Shown here piece by piece: positions 1 through 8,684 of a stretch of DNA of 64,000 nt (positions within the stretch are counted from its first letter, which is position 1; each line of letters opens with the position of its first letter). The translations under genes and the position numbers were made by a program. The stretch is from Gammaproteobacteria bacterium (GTDB lineage Bacteria; Pseudomonadota; Gammaproteobacteria; Natronospirales; REEB76), in the NCBI GenBank assembly GCA_036500225.1, contig DASYCJ010000055.1, forward strand, positions 8,143 to 72,142, in the 5' to 3' direction. The notes under the pieces were generated by a model, which saw only the letters and a list, made by a program, of their open reading frames with translations, did not search any database and was not told where the DNA came from.

Positions 1-2373
1 ACGCAGGGCATTGGCGAACTCCATACCGGTCTGGAATCGCGCATCCGGACTCTTCTGCAGGGCCTTGTCCACCACCACCTTCACGGTGGCCGGGATGTCG
101 GGGCGCAGGAAGGTCACGTCCGGATGGGGTTCATTGGCGATCTTGAACATGAGGCCGGTCAGGGACGGTGCTTCGAAAGGTAGTTCGCCGCGCAACAACT
201 GGTACATGGTGATGCCCAGCGAATACAGGTCGCTACGCCCATCCAGCTTGTTGCCGGAGACCTGCTCCGGCGACATGTATAGAGGGCTGCCGAGGATGGT
301 GCCAGTCTTGGTCTTGCTCATGTCCGTGAGAGCGGCGATGCCGAAGTCGGTGATCTTCACCCGGCCCGAGCCCCGGTCATACATGATGTTGGCGGGTTTG
401 ATGTCGCGATGCACTACGTGGTGCTTGTGGGCGTAATCGAGGCCCTCCGCCACCTTCATGGCCACCGCCAGTGCCTCGCCCATGGGCAAGAGGGTCTGGG
501 AACTGGAGAACTTGGCCAGGGAATCGCCCTGCAGGAAGTCCATGGCGATGTAGGCCAGACCCTGGTCCTCACCCACATCATAGATGGTGACGATGTTGGC
601 ATGGTTGAGACGACCGGCAGTCTCCGCCTCACGGAAGAAACGCTCATGCACGTCCTTCAGGGTCTCACCGTCGAACTCGTCGGCCAGGGCCATGGTCTTG
701 ATGGCCACCTGGCGGCCGATCTTCGCGTCCTTGCCGAGATACACCACGCCCATGGCGCCGCGCCCCAGCTCCTGCACCAGCTCGTAGCGGCCGAGCATGG
801 GTTTTTGCAGACCACCGCTGGACAGCGCGCGCGATAGCGTGGCGGCGCTGCCGGTGCGGGTCATGGCAGGCGTGCTCTCCAACTGACGCAGGCGTTCCAG
901 CCGTTCGTTCAGGCCTTCGTAGGCCGGCGCGATCTTCTGGATGTAGGCGTAGACCTCGAGGGCCTGGGAGTAACGCCGACCTCGCTCGTGCTCTTGCCCC
1001 AGGTTCATGAGGTTGTCGCAGAGCAGCCGCGAAGGCAGGCACATCTGGAAGCGCAGGAAGCATTGGTCGAAGCGGCTCAAGGCCTGCAGGGCCAACGCGT
1101 ACTCGCGGTTGATCTCGGACATGGAACCACGGGACACGCCGCTACGCTCGCGCACGAAGCGTTGCGCGTCGAGGGCGAGATGCCCGAGTACCAGGAACAG
1201 GAATGGCAGCATCAGAGGCAGCAAGAGCGATTGCGACAGCAGAGGCACGCATTCACCGAGCAGCAACACCAGACCCAGCACGGCGCTCACGATGAGGCCC
1301 GCGAGGTGACTGAGCCGCGTCAACAGGAACATGAGATACAGCCCCACCAACAAGGTCAGCAGCGCACGTACGCCCCAGGCCCAGAACGGCGTGGACACGA
1401 GACCGCCATTCAGGAGACCTGAGACCAACGCCGCGGCACCCAGCACCGGCGCATCCTCACCATGGGCCACACGGCCGACGAGTACCGCCTTGCCGGCGAA
1501 CTTCTCCGCGGGTACGACGCCGGTGATCACATCCGAGAAGCTGTAGCGCGGTATCGACTGCACATCGCCATCGGTGAGCACTCGCGTGCCGCGGTCAGTG
1601 TGGATCTGTGTCTCGCCGAGAGTGATGCCGCCCAAGCTCTGCACGCCGATGCGACTGGTCTCGATATCCTGTTCGCGCGCAGCCACCAGAAGTGCCAGGG
1701 TCGGCACCACGTGGCCTGAGTACTGCACCAGGAGCGGTGTCGACAAGCTGCCGGTGTCCTGCTCCAGGAACCCGACGCCGCGGGCGGCGTTGGTGAGTTT
1801 GGAGAGGGGTGCGTCCAGAGTAACGGAAGGCGCGGCCGGTACGTCCAGCGGCAACGCGAAACTCGGACTGCCGCCCGCATCCGGCGGCGCCGATGCGGAA
1901 CTGAGGCGCGTGCCGCGCGCTGCCAGGAGCACCCGGCCGGAACGCACCATGCTCGCCATCAAGGCGCCGTCAGTATCGAGTGCGCCCTGCGCTTCCGTGA
2001 GCTTGGCGCCCATCGCGGCGTCGCCGCCAGTGAGCGGCTGGAGCTGAGCGAGATAATCGAGAGCCGCGGCATTCTGCGGCGCCGAGAGATCCTCGGTGAG
2101 CGCGATGACACTGGCCTTATCGTCACCCAGCACATCCACTAACTTCGCCAGGTAGTTGCGCGGCCAGGGCCATGCACCGTATTGCTTGAGGGCGGCCTCG
2201 TCGATGGCCACCACGACCACTTGAGGATTAGGCGCGCGCGCAGGAGCCAGGAGCTTGCCGAAACGGTAGCCGACCGATTCCGGCGCGGAAGCACCCTGCA
2301 AGAGGGCTAGCAGGGTCACGGCCGTGATCAGCAGGAGACCCCACAGCGTCTTGTTTTTGAGGAATGCGGGCAT
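1..2373 (-). CDS. CHASE2 sensor domain-containing Ser/Thr protein kinase (C-terminal end lies beyond the left edge)
   Basis: Absent from the ORF track because the frame is open to position 1. Reverse translation from the ATG (complement of 2371-2373) gives MPAFLKNKTLWGLLLITAVTLLAL...VVVVAIDEAALKQYGAWPWPRNYLAKLV, which is CHASE2-like. Hydrophobic helices follow, then a Hanks kinase core: GRGAMGVVYLGKD (about 750-800), HRDIKPANI (about 386-415), DFG (about 333-350) and GSPLYMSPEQ (about 260-295). The start codon and the activation-loop segment are in the same frame. Confidence 0.85.
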   Translation of the reverse strand, partial: MPAFLKNKTLWGLLLITAVTLLALLQGASAPESVGYRFGKLLAPARAPNPQVVVVAIDEAALKQYGAWPWPRNYLAKLVDVLGDDKASVIALTEDLSAPQNAAALDYLAQLQPLTGGDAAMGAKLTEAQGALDTDGALMASMVRSGRVLLAARGTRLSSASAPPDAGGSPSFALPLDVPAAPSVTLDAPLSKLTNAARGVGFLEQDTGSLSTPLLVQYSGHVVPTLALLVAAREQDIETSRIGVQSLGGITLGETQIHTDRGTRVLTDGDVQSIPRYSFSDVITGVVPAEKFAGKAVLVGRVAHGEDAPVLGAAALVSGLLNGGLVSTPFWAWGVRALLTLLVGLYLMFLLTRLSHLAGLIVSAVLGLVLLLGECVPLLSQSLLLPLMLPFLFLVLGHLALDAQRFVRERSGVSRGSMSEINREYALALQALSRFDQCFLRFQMCLPSRLLCDNLMNLGQEHERGRRYSQALEVYAYIQKIAPAYEGLNERLERLRQLESTPAMTRTGSAATLSRALSSGGLQKPMLGRYELVQELGRGAMGVVYLGKDAKIGRQVAIKTMALADEFDGETLKDVHERFFREAETAGRLNHANIVTIYDVGEDQGLAYIAMDFLQGDSLAKFSSSQTLLPMGEALAVAMKVAEGLDYAHKHHVVHRDIKPANIMYDRGSGRVKITDFGIAALTDMSKTKTGTILGSPLYMSPEQVSGNKLDGRSDLYSLGITMYQLLRGELPFEAPSLTGLMFKIANEPHPDVTFLRPDIPATVKVVVDKALQKSPDARFQTGMEFANALR

Positions 2374-2509
2374 GCGTCAGCGCGCCTTGCAGGATCTTTA
2401 AGGTGTCACCCCGGGCCCGATTTGGCACCCGTGCCGCGGGTTTTCCATAACCGGATTTGACCCAAGAGTAACTTAATTTCCCAAATCCCACACTAAGGAA
2501 ATGACTCGG

Positions 2510-2941
2510 TCAGCCCTCGGCACGGGTCTTGAAGGCAGCATTCATGGCCTCGAAACCCTCGCGGGTGGCGGGTTCCACGCTCCGCCACAGGAGCGGCACC
2601 AGGAAGCCCTGGAAGGTCTCACGTTGCAGGAGGCGGGTACCGCCCTGCTCCGGCTGAAGCTCGAAATCATGCTCGCCGTCGAACAGGCCCGGCACACCGA
2701 CGCGACCCAGCCAACGCAGACGCGTGGGCGCGGTAGCCTGCAGCACCAGCGGCCGGAAGCGATGTTCCTTGCCGTCGCCTGTGCGTATCCGAACCGCGAG
2801 ACGCTCGCCCCATTCCGCCTTACCCGCGAGAGACACGATGAAGGGGTTCCAGTCGGGATAGGAAGCGAAATCCGTGAGCACACTCCACACACGTGTCGGC
2901 GGCGCCTGGATCAGGATCTCGGTATCGATATGCCGGGTCAT
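2510..2941 (-). CDS. SRPBCC (START/polyketide-cyclase-like) family protein, 143 aa
   Basis: This is the C-terminal part of track ORF 2510..3394. I moved the start to the ATG at 2941 (MTRHIDTEILIQAPPTRVWSVLTDFASYPDWNPF...), a typical SRPBCC N-terminus. It overlaps the upstream gene stop by 4 nt (ATGA). Confidence 0.75.
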   Translation of the reverse strand: MTRHIDTEILIQAPPTRVWSVLTDFASYPDWNPFIVSLAGKAEWGERLAVRIRTGDGKEHRFRPLVLQATAPTRLRWLGRVGVPGLFDGEHDFELQPEQGGTRLLQRETFQGFLVPLLWRSVEPATREGFEAMNAAFKTRAEG

Positions 2942-3336
2942 GGGCGGGTCCGCAGCCATTCGCAGAGGTTGCGGCCTGCGTCTGCCGCGATCAGCAGCGC
3001 GAACCCGGCGAAGCTGTCGAAGCTCTTGGCCACGGCCACCAGCAGCAGGGTGAGCAGGGTCACCACCACCGGCACCGCCAGCGTCGCGTATACCAACAAC
3101 GAACGGCGCTCCGCGTGGGTCTCCGCCGTCAGGCTCGCGCGACGCGGCGCCATCAGGAACACCACGCCGGCCACAGGCACCACGCACGCGACCAGCATCA
3201 GCACCCGGTGATCTGCCTCGGCCACAGGGACGAAGAACCAGGCTTGCAGCAACACCGACGCGAGGCCAATGAGGTCCAGGAGCGCGGCGATGCCGTGCAG
3301 GCGTGAAAGACGGATGAGCGCGGTGTCTTCGGTCAC
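2938..3336 (-). CDS. small integral membrane protein, 132 aa, unknown function
   Basis: Track ORF with about four hydrophobic helices. ATGA overlaps on both sides place it in a three-gene operon with 3333..3680 and 2510..2941. Confidence 0.6.
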   Translation of the reverse strand: MTEDTALIRLSRLHGIAALLDLIGLASVLLQAWFFVPVAEADHRVLMLVACVVPVAGVVFLMAPRRASLTAETHAERRSLLVYATLAVPVVVTLLTLLLVAVAKSFDSFAGFALLIAADAGRNLCEWLRTRP

Positions 3337-3680
3337 TGCATCCTCGACCAGCCGGCGAATAGCAGCGTGAGCCCCGCCAATGCGAATAGCGCATGCAGCA
3401 CTACCACGGCCAGAGGCAGGCGCTGCTTGGAGGCGCGGAAAGCAAACAGCAGGAGTCCACCCAGAGTCGTGAGCATGAAGATCACGACGGCTATGTTCAC
3501 GGGATGGTTGCCGGGATGAGCGATGGCCTGCATCACCAACCAGACGATGGCAGCCACACCCAGCACACCATGGAGCACGCTGATCTTGAGCGGCAGGCGC
3601 GGCTCGCGCCGCTCACGGATGGCGAGAGCGACACCGCCCGCCATCACCAACACGAACAACCCCAACAGATAAGTGAACAT
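3333..3680 (-). CDS. small integral membrane protein with an internal 2+2 helix duplication, 115 aa
   Basis: Track ORF. The two halves share the motif RLPL-x3-VLH-x-(V/L)-x-(A)-x-A (PRLPLKISVLHGVLGVAAIVWLV versus QRLPLAVVVLHALFALAGLTLLF). A GAAGG sits 9 nt upstream of the ATG. Confidence 0.6.
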   Translation of the reverse strand: MFTYLLGLFVLVMAGGVALAIRERREPRLPLKISVLHGVLGVAAIVWLVMQAIAHPGNHPVNIAVVIFMLTTLGGLLLFAFRASKQRLPLAVVVLHALFALAGLTLLFAGWSRMQ

Positions 3681-3847
3681 GGAGGACCGCCTTCAAATAG
3701 GCGGCCATGATACCCAAATGCGATGACACTAAAAAAGAACCAGCTAAATGAGAAGCGCGTTCCCGCTCGGCGTATCCGCCTCGCCCTGCCGTCCCGGGAC
3801 GTTAGGCCATCCTGTCCGTCACATCGCCGGAGGGTAAATGATCTGTC

Positions 3848-5116
3848 TTAGGGCTGGCCGGTGTAGACGACCTTCCAGATTCGGCCTTTCTGGGTGTCAC
3901 CTATATATAGAGAGCCGTCCGGCCCTTCCGCGAGACCCATGGGCCGATAGCGGGCGTCGTTGGAACCTACGATCTTGTCGGTGCCGGCGAAACCATCGGC
4001 GAAGGTCTGATAGGTGCCAGCCTTGCCATCTTTGAAGGGCAGGAACACCACCTTGTAGCCGGCCTGGGGCAGAGGCGCACGGTTCCAGGAACCGTGGAAG
4101 CTCACGAACAAGCCGCCCTGATACGCCGCCGGGAATTGCTTGCCTTCATACAGCAATAAGGCTTCCGGCGCCCAGTGGCCCGGGAAAGCCGCGAGCGGTT
4201 GCCCGTACTTGGCGCAATCACCCAGCTTCTTGCCGTCGCCGCCGTATTCCGGCGCCTGCACTTTCTTGCCCTGGACCTGGTCGTAGTAGCAGTAGGGCCA
4301 ACCGAAGTTGCTGCCCCGCTCCACCTTGAACAGTTCCTCGCCGGGCAGCTCCGCGCTCTGCTCGTCGTTGAAGTACTTCGGCCAGTTGTCACCCAACTGG
4401 TCGCGACCCATCTGCAAGACGTACAAGCTCTTCAGCGGCGTGAGCCAGCTGATAGCCACGGCGTTGCGGATGCCGGTAGCGTAACGTTCGCCATCCTTGG
4501 GGAAATGCTGGCCGGTCTTATCGGCGTCGAAACGCCAGATGCCGCCATGTTCGTCGAGCAACTTACAAGGCATCTCACCGGGTGAGCCCGCCGACCGGTC
4601 ATCCTTCTGGCAGGCGTTGGATGGCGCGCCCACGTTCACATACAGGTGGCCCGCGTCATCGACGGCGACGCTCTTGGCGGCGTGTTCGTCCTGCGTCGGG
4701 AAACCGGCCACCACGGTCTCGGGTTTCGAGTCTGCCGCCACTGGCAGCTTGTAGCGCAGCACCGAAGTGGGTGTGGCGAAATAGACGTAGCCGCCGTGCA
4801 GGGCTAGGCCGCTGCCGCCCTCGGTGCCGAAGTGCACGATCTGGTCCGCGTGGCCGCTGCCTTTGCTGTCACGTAAGGCTACGATGCTGCCGCCCTTGTT
4901 CTCCGACTGCAATGCCACGTAGAGCACGCCGTCCTGTGCCACCGCCATGTGGCGGGCTGTGCCGAGGTCATCCGCGAACACCGTGGCGCAGAAACCTTTG
5001 GGCAAGGTGATGCCGGTATCGCTATCGCAGGCAGGGGGCTTGTCCGCCGCGGCGACGCCACCGGCGAATAGCAGGATCACGAGGCTCGAGAGCAATTTCA
5101 GTCGCAGGGTGTTCAT
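3848..5116 (-). CDS. secreted PQQ-dependent sugar (glucose/sorbosone) dehydrogenase-like beta-propeller protein
   Basis: Signal peptide MNTLRLKLLSSLVILLFAGGVAAA. Motifs typical of the soluble GSDH/sorbosone dehydrogenase family are present: ATGIRNAVAI, GWPYCYYD and PMGLAEGPDGSLYIGD. Confidence 0.75.
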   Translation of the reverse strand: MNTLRLKLLSSLVILLFAGGVAAADKPPACDSDTGITLPKGFCATVFADDLGTARHMAVAQDGVLYVALQSENKGGSIVALRDSKGSGHADQIVHFGTEGGSGLALHGGYVYFATPTSVLRYKLPVAADSKPETVVAGFPTQDEHAAKSVAVDDAGHLYVNVGAPSNACQKDDRSAGSPGEMPCKLLDEHGGIWRFDADKTGQHFPKDGERYATGIRNAVAISWLTPLKSLYVLQMGRDQLGDNWPKYFNDEQSAELPGEELFKVERGSNFGWPYCYYDQVQGKKVQAPEYGGDGKKLGDCAKYGQPLAAFPGHWAPEALLLYEGKQFPAAYQGGLFVSFHGSWNRAPLPQAGYKVVFLPFKDGKAGTYQTFADGFAGTDKIVGSNDARYRPMGLAEGPDGSLYIGDTQKGRIWKVVYTGQP

Positions 5117-5733
5117 GGCGTCACCGGAGTGATGGTGATGGGAGCCAGGGTGGATATATAGACAGTGGGGAACATCTGTTTGGAAGTGGGCACGCCTTCC
5201 GCCATGGAACTGCCGTTGTCGGCGGCGTTACCGGGGCCAGTGGTGTTGTACACCGTGAAGCCGCCGAACACCTCGTAGTTACCGATCGCAAGCTTGTTGC
5301 CGTTGTTGTCCAGGCCATCCCAGGTGAATGTGATGCCCTGGGACTGGAAAGCAGCTAGGTTGATCTGGGTGAAACCGTTGCCGCTGGTGGAAGTGACGTT
5401 CGGAGCGGTACCTTCCGTGCAGGCAGTGTTGGTGTCGTTGTCGCAATTCCAGACCACCGTGGCGGTACCGGCATCCACCGCCGCGAGGTTCGCCGCCTCG
5501 CTGCTGTTGAAATACAGCGTCTGCTGGGCGTCGGTGCGATTGCGGATGGTCAGCACCAGTGTGATGGGATCGCCCTGCACGAAACTGGTGGAGGCCAGGT
5601 TGCCGGAGTCTTCCACCTGCAGGGTGGTCACGAACTGCGGCGCATCCGAGTTGCTGGTCTGGGCGCAGTTGGAGGCGCCCAACAACCACAGGGCGATGCT
5701 GATACCGCCGACCAGACGAAAGACACGTTGCAT
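5113..5733 (-). CDS. secreted hypothetical protein, 206 aa, Thr/Asn/Gly-rich (probably an Ig-like beta-sandwich)
   Basis: Track ORF with an N-terminal signal sequence (ISIALWLLGASNCAQT). Its stop overlaps the start of the dehydrogenase gene (ATGA at 5113-5116). I recognise no catalytic motif. Confidence 0.55.
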   Translation of the reverse strand: MQRVFRLVGGISIALWLLGASNCAQTSNSDAPQFVTTLQVEDSGNLASTSFVQGDPITLVLTIRNRTDAQQTLYFNSSEAANLAAVDAGTATVVWNCDNDTNTACTEGTAPNVTSTSGNGFTQINLAAFQSQGITFTWDGLDNNGNKLAIGNYEVFGGFTVYNTTGPGNAADNGSSMAEGVPTSKQMFPTVYISTLAPITITPVTP

Positions 5734-5827
5734 GAGGACCCTGCCCTGGGTTTGAAGATTCCCGGGCAGTATAGCGCTGACACCACGGCAGGGTTGACGC
5801 CCTGCCGCGGTGTCACACCTTGTTACA

Positions 5828-7120
5828 TCAGTCGCCGGTCGGATAAGCCGGCGGCATGCCCGGCGGATTCGACTTTATGTAAGGCATGTAGCGGTCACGC
5901 AGTTCCGTCTGCCGGCTCTGCATGGGTATCGCCTTGCCGCGGATGAATACCGAATCGGCGAAGGTGGTGAGCTCCAGAGGATCGCCGCTCCATACCACGA
6001 GGTCCGCGTCCTTGCCGACTTCGAGCGTACCCACGCTCTTGTCCAGACCATAGATGCGCGCCGGGTTGAGGGTGATGGCCGCCAGGGCGTCGTTCCAGCT
6101 CAGGCCGTTAGCCACTGCATTGCCGGCGTACTGCTTCACGTTCCAGGACTTGTGGCTGTCGCCCACTTCGAAGGCGATCAACACACCAGCCTTCTGCAAC
6201 AGTGCCGCATCGTCCTGGCGCGCACCCAAGGACTCGAAGGCCTCCGGCAGATCACGCATGGGATTCAGGATCACCGGCACCTTGGCTTTCGCGAGTTCAC
6301 TCGCCACTACCCAGGCTTCGGCGCCGCCGGATATGACGAGCTTCAACTTGAACTCGGCGGCGAGGCCCATGGCTGCTTCGATGTCGCTGGCCCGGTCCAC
6401 CTGCATCACCACCGGCATCTCCCCTTTCAGCATCGGCTGCAGGGCTTCCAGGTCGGGACGCGACAAGGAGTAAGCACGCCGGGCTGCTTTGTCGTAAGCA
6501 GCACGGTTGGCGGCGTAGTCCTTGGCATCCTGAAAGGCTTCACGCAGGCTCTCCAGTGCGCCAGCACGGGCGCCGCCGGCGATCTTCTGCCCGGCTTCAC
6601 CCAAGGTCACGAACAAGGCCACCGGATCTTTCAACACGTAGCCCTGCACGCCGTCGAGGGAGATCACGCTGCCACGCCCGGCGATGATGCCGCTGCCGGC
6701 CGCCGCGACCACCGCACGAGTCACACCTTCGATCCGGTTGATGGGGATCAGCATAGAACGCGGGTTGATGCCCTCGGTGGGATCGAAGGCCGCGGTGTAG
6801 TGGGTGCTGGTCAGTGTCGCATCCTGGGTCTGGGTGACCTGGTCCACCTCATCCAGGCCGAACACACTCTCCGGGTCGATGATGCCCGGCGTCACCATCT
6901 TGCCGCTGGCATCGATGCGCTTGGCATCTGCCGGGATCGCCACGTTGGCACCCACTGCGGTGATCTTGCCGTCCTTGATGATGACGGTGCCGTGCTCGAT
7001 CTTGCCGGCAGAGCCTAAGGTGACCACCGTGCCGCCGGTGATGGCGTAGGTGTCGGCGAAGGCCGGGGCCGCGAAGACGGCGCCGCAGGCCAGAGCGATA
7101 TATAGAGTGCGGTACTTCAC
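5828..7120 (-). CDS. amidohydrolase-fold protein lacking the canonical metal ligands (probable non-catalytic paralog)
   Basis: Signal peptide, then the amidohydrolase N-terminal barrel pattern (GKITAVG...IDASGKMVTPGIID). The HxH position reads DPES, and the mature protein has only three His in total. It ends with a typical ...VGKDADLVVWSGDPLE segment. Confidence 0.7.
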   Translation of the reverse strand: MKYRTLYIALACGAVFAAPAFADTYAITGGTVVTLGSAGKIEHGTVIIKDGKITAVGANVAIPADAKRIDASGKMVTPGIIDPESVFGLDEVDQVTQTQDATLTSTHYTAAFDPTEGINPRSMLIPINRIEGVTRAVVAAAGSGIIAGRGSVISLDGVQGYVLKDPVALFVTLGEAGQKIAGGARAGALESLREAFQDAKDYAANRAAYDKAARRAYSLSRPDLEALQPMLKGEMPVVMQVDRASDIEAAMGLAAEFKLKLVISGGAEAWVVASELAKAKVPVILNPMRDLPEAFESLGARQDDAALLQKAGVLIAFEVGDSHKSWNVKQYAGNAVANGLSWNDALAAITLNPARIYGLDKSVGTLEVGKDADLVVWSGDPLELTTFADSVFIRGKAIPMQSRQTELRDRYMPYIKSNPPGMPPAYPTGD

Positions 7121-8547
7121 AGGGCACCTCCCTGACCCATCATGCCGATCTGGAAGTCGGAATGGGCCTGATGTTTGGGATCGTCCCGGTCATAGACCAG
7201 GGCACCGTCCACGAATACCTTCTCGGCCTTGGAATAGACGCTGAAGGGATTACCGGTCCACAGCACCAAGTCACCCATCTTGCCGGTCTCGAGGGAACCG
7301 GTCTTGTCGTCGATACCGAGCACCTTCGCGGGGTTCAGGGTCATCCACATGATGGCGTGGGCTTCGCTGATCTTGAGTCCGGCGTGGTTGCCGGCGGCCC
7401 AGGCCTTGGCGGTCTCCTGGTTGAGCCTTTGTATACCGTTCTGATCGTCGGAGTGGATGGTGGCGCAGGCACCGCCCGCATCCACCATCGGGATGTTCTC
7501 GCGGATGCCGTCCCAGGCTTCCATCTTGAAGCCCCACCAATCGGCCCACATCACGGCGCAGGTGCCGTTGGCAGCCAGTAGCGCCGGGATCTTGTAAGCC
7601 TCCACTGCGTGGTGGAAGGCGGCGATGTGATAGTGGAACTCCTTGGCCACATCCAGCATGTCGGCCATCTCGTTGGCGCGGTAGCAGTGCATCTGCACCC
7701 GCACCCGTCCGTTCAGTACCTCGGCCAGGGTCTCCATCTTGAGATCGCGGGCCGGCGGCGGACCTTTCTTGTCCTTGACCCAGGCTTTCCACTGGATGTC
7801 ATAGGCCTGTGCGTCGGCCCAGGCCTGGCGATAGCCGGCTACATCACCCATCAGCGTAGAGGGGAACTGGCCATGGCTGCCGTATACGCGTTTCGGATTC
7901 TCGCCGCAGGCCATCTTCAGGCCGAACGGCGCGTCCGGGAACTTCATACCTTCGGTGGTCACGGCGGGCACGTTCTTCAGCACTACGGAGCGGCCACCGA
8001 ACAGGTTGCCGGAACCAGGCAGGATCTCGAGGGTGGTGACGCCGCCGGCACGGGCGGTGTTGAAGCCCGGGTCTTGGGGCCACACCGAGTTCTCGGCGCG
8101 CACGTTGGCGGTGTCGGGATTGGTGAGTTCATTGCCGTCCGAGAGAGCATCCACGCCCGGCGAGGGATACACCCCGAGATGGGAGTGCACGTCGATGATG
8201 CCCGGGGTCACGTACTTGCCGGTGCCGTCGATCACGGTCACGCCGGGATCGGCGTTCAGACCTTTGCCCACCGCCGCCACCTTACCGTCCTTCAACAGCA
8301 CGTCGCCGTCATCTATCTCCGTGCCGGTGCCGGTATACACCGTCACGTGCCGAATCAGGGTGGGCGTCGAGGGCAGCGGATGATAGGTGGAGGGGAAGGG
8401 GTCCGGCGGGAACTCGCTCGCAGATGAATAGTCGGGTTGGGGATTGGCCGTCGGGCTGTCGGCGAAAGCCGGCAGCGCGAGCGCGATAACCGCCGCCGAA
8501 CAGGCGGCCGGCAGGAGCTGGCGTAAGGACATACGTGTGTTCCTCAT
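7117..8547 (-). CDS. secreted metal-dependent amidohydrolase
   Basis: GKVAAVG...IDGTGKYVTPGIIDVHSHLG carries the HxH motif. Later His and Asp ligands are also present (QMHCY, AFHHAVEAY, ATIHSDD). Its stop overlaps the downstream paralog's start by 4 nt (7117-7120). Confidence 0.8.
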   Translation of the reverse strand: MRNTRMSLRQLLPAACSAAVIALALPAFADSPTANPQPDYSSASEFPPDPFPSTYHPLPSTPTLIRHVTVYTGTGTEIDDGDVLLKDGKVAAVGKGLNADPGVTVIDGTGKYVTPGIIDVHSHLGVYPSPGVDALSDGNELTNPDTANVRAENSVWPQDPGFNTARAGGVTTLEILPGSGNLFGGRSVVLKNVPAVTTEGMKFPDAPFGLKMACGENPKRVYGSHGQFPSTLMGDVAGYRQAWADAQAYDIQWKAWVKDKKGPPPARDLKMETLAEVLNGRVRVQMHCYRANEMADMLDVAKEFHYHIAAFHHAVEAYKIPALLAANGTCAVMWADWWGFKMEAWDGIRENIPMVDAGGACATIHSDDQNGIQRLNQETAKAWAAGNHAGLKISEAHAIMWMTLNPAKVLGIDDKTGSLETGKMGDLVLWTGNPFSVYSKAEKVFVDGALVYDRDDPKHQAHSDFQIGMMGQGGAL

Positions 8548-8684
8548 TGTTGGATACCCCGGAAGAGCGACAGCTTAGCCCCTATTGGATTGCGCCCGGG
8601 CAGATTGGTTCGCCCCCGAAGCGGCCGGAACTGCGGTTTTTAGCTATGATGCAAGTCATTGATCGGATTGGGGTGTCATAAACA

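Noticed and set aside
2942-3394. N-terminal extensions of track ORFs. Examples: 2510..3394, 46000..47547, 47027..48517, 18408..19439, 36594..37784, 52753..53880, 55026..55865, 58051..58668, 32579..33433.
   Set aside because: The extensions overlap neighbouring genes or are Arg/Pro-rich. Internal ATG codons give proper signal peptides or conserved N-termini and sit behind plausible Shine-Dalgarno sequences, so I trimmed the starts.
5640-5733. Possible lipobox in the 206-aa secreted protein (LLGASNC).
   Set aside because: Asn at -1 and Ala at -3 do not fit the L-(A/S)-(G/A)-C consensus. I treat it as a probable signal peptidase I substrate instead.
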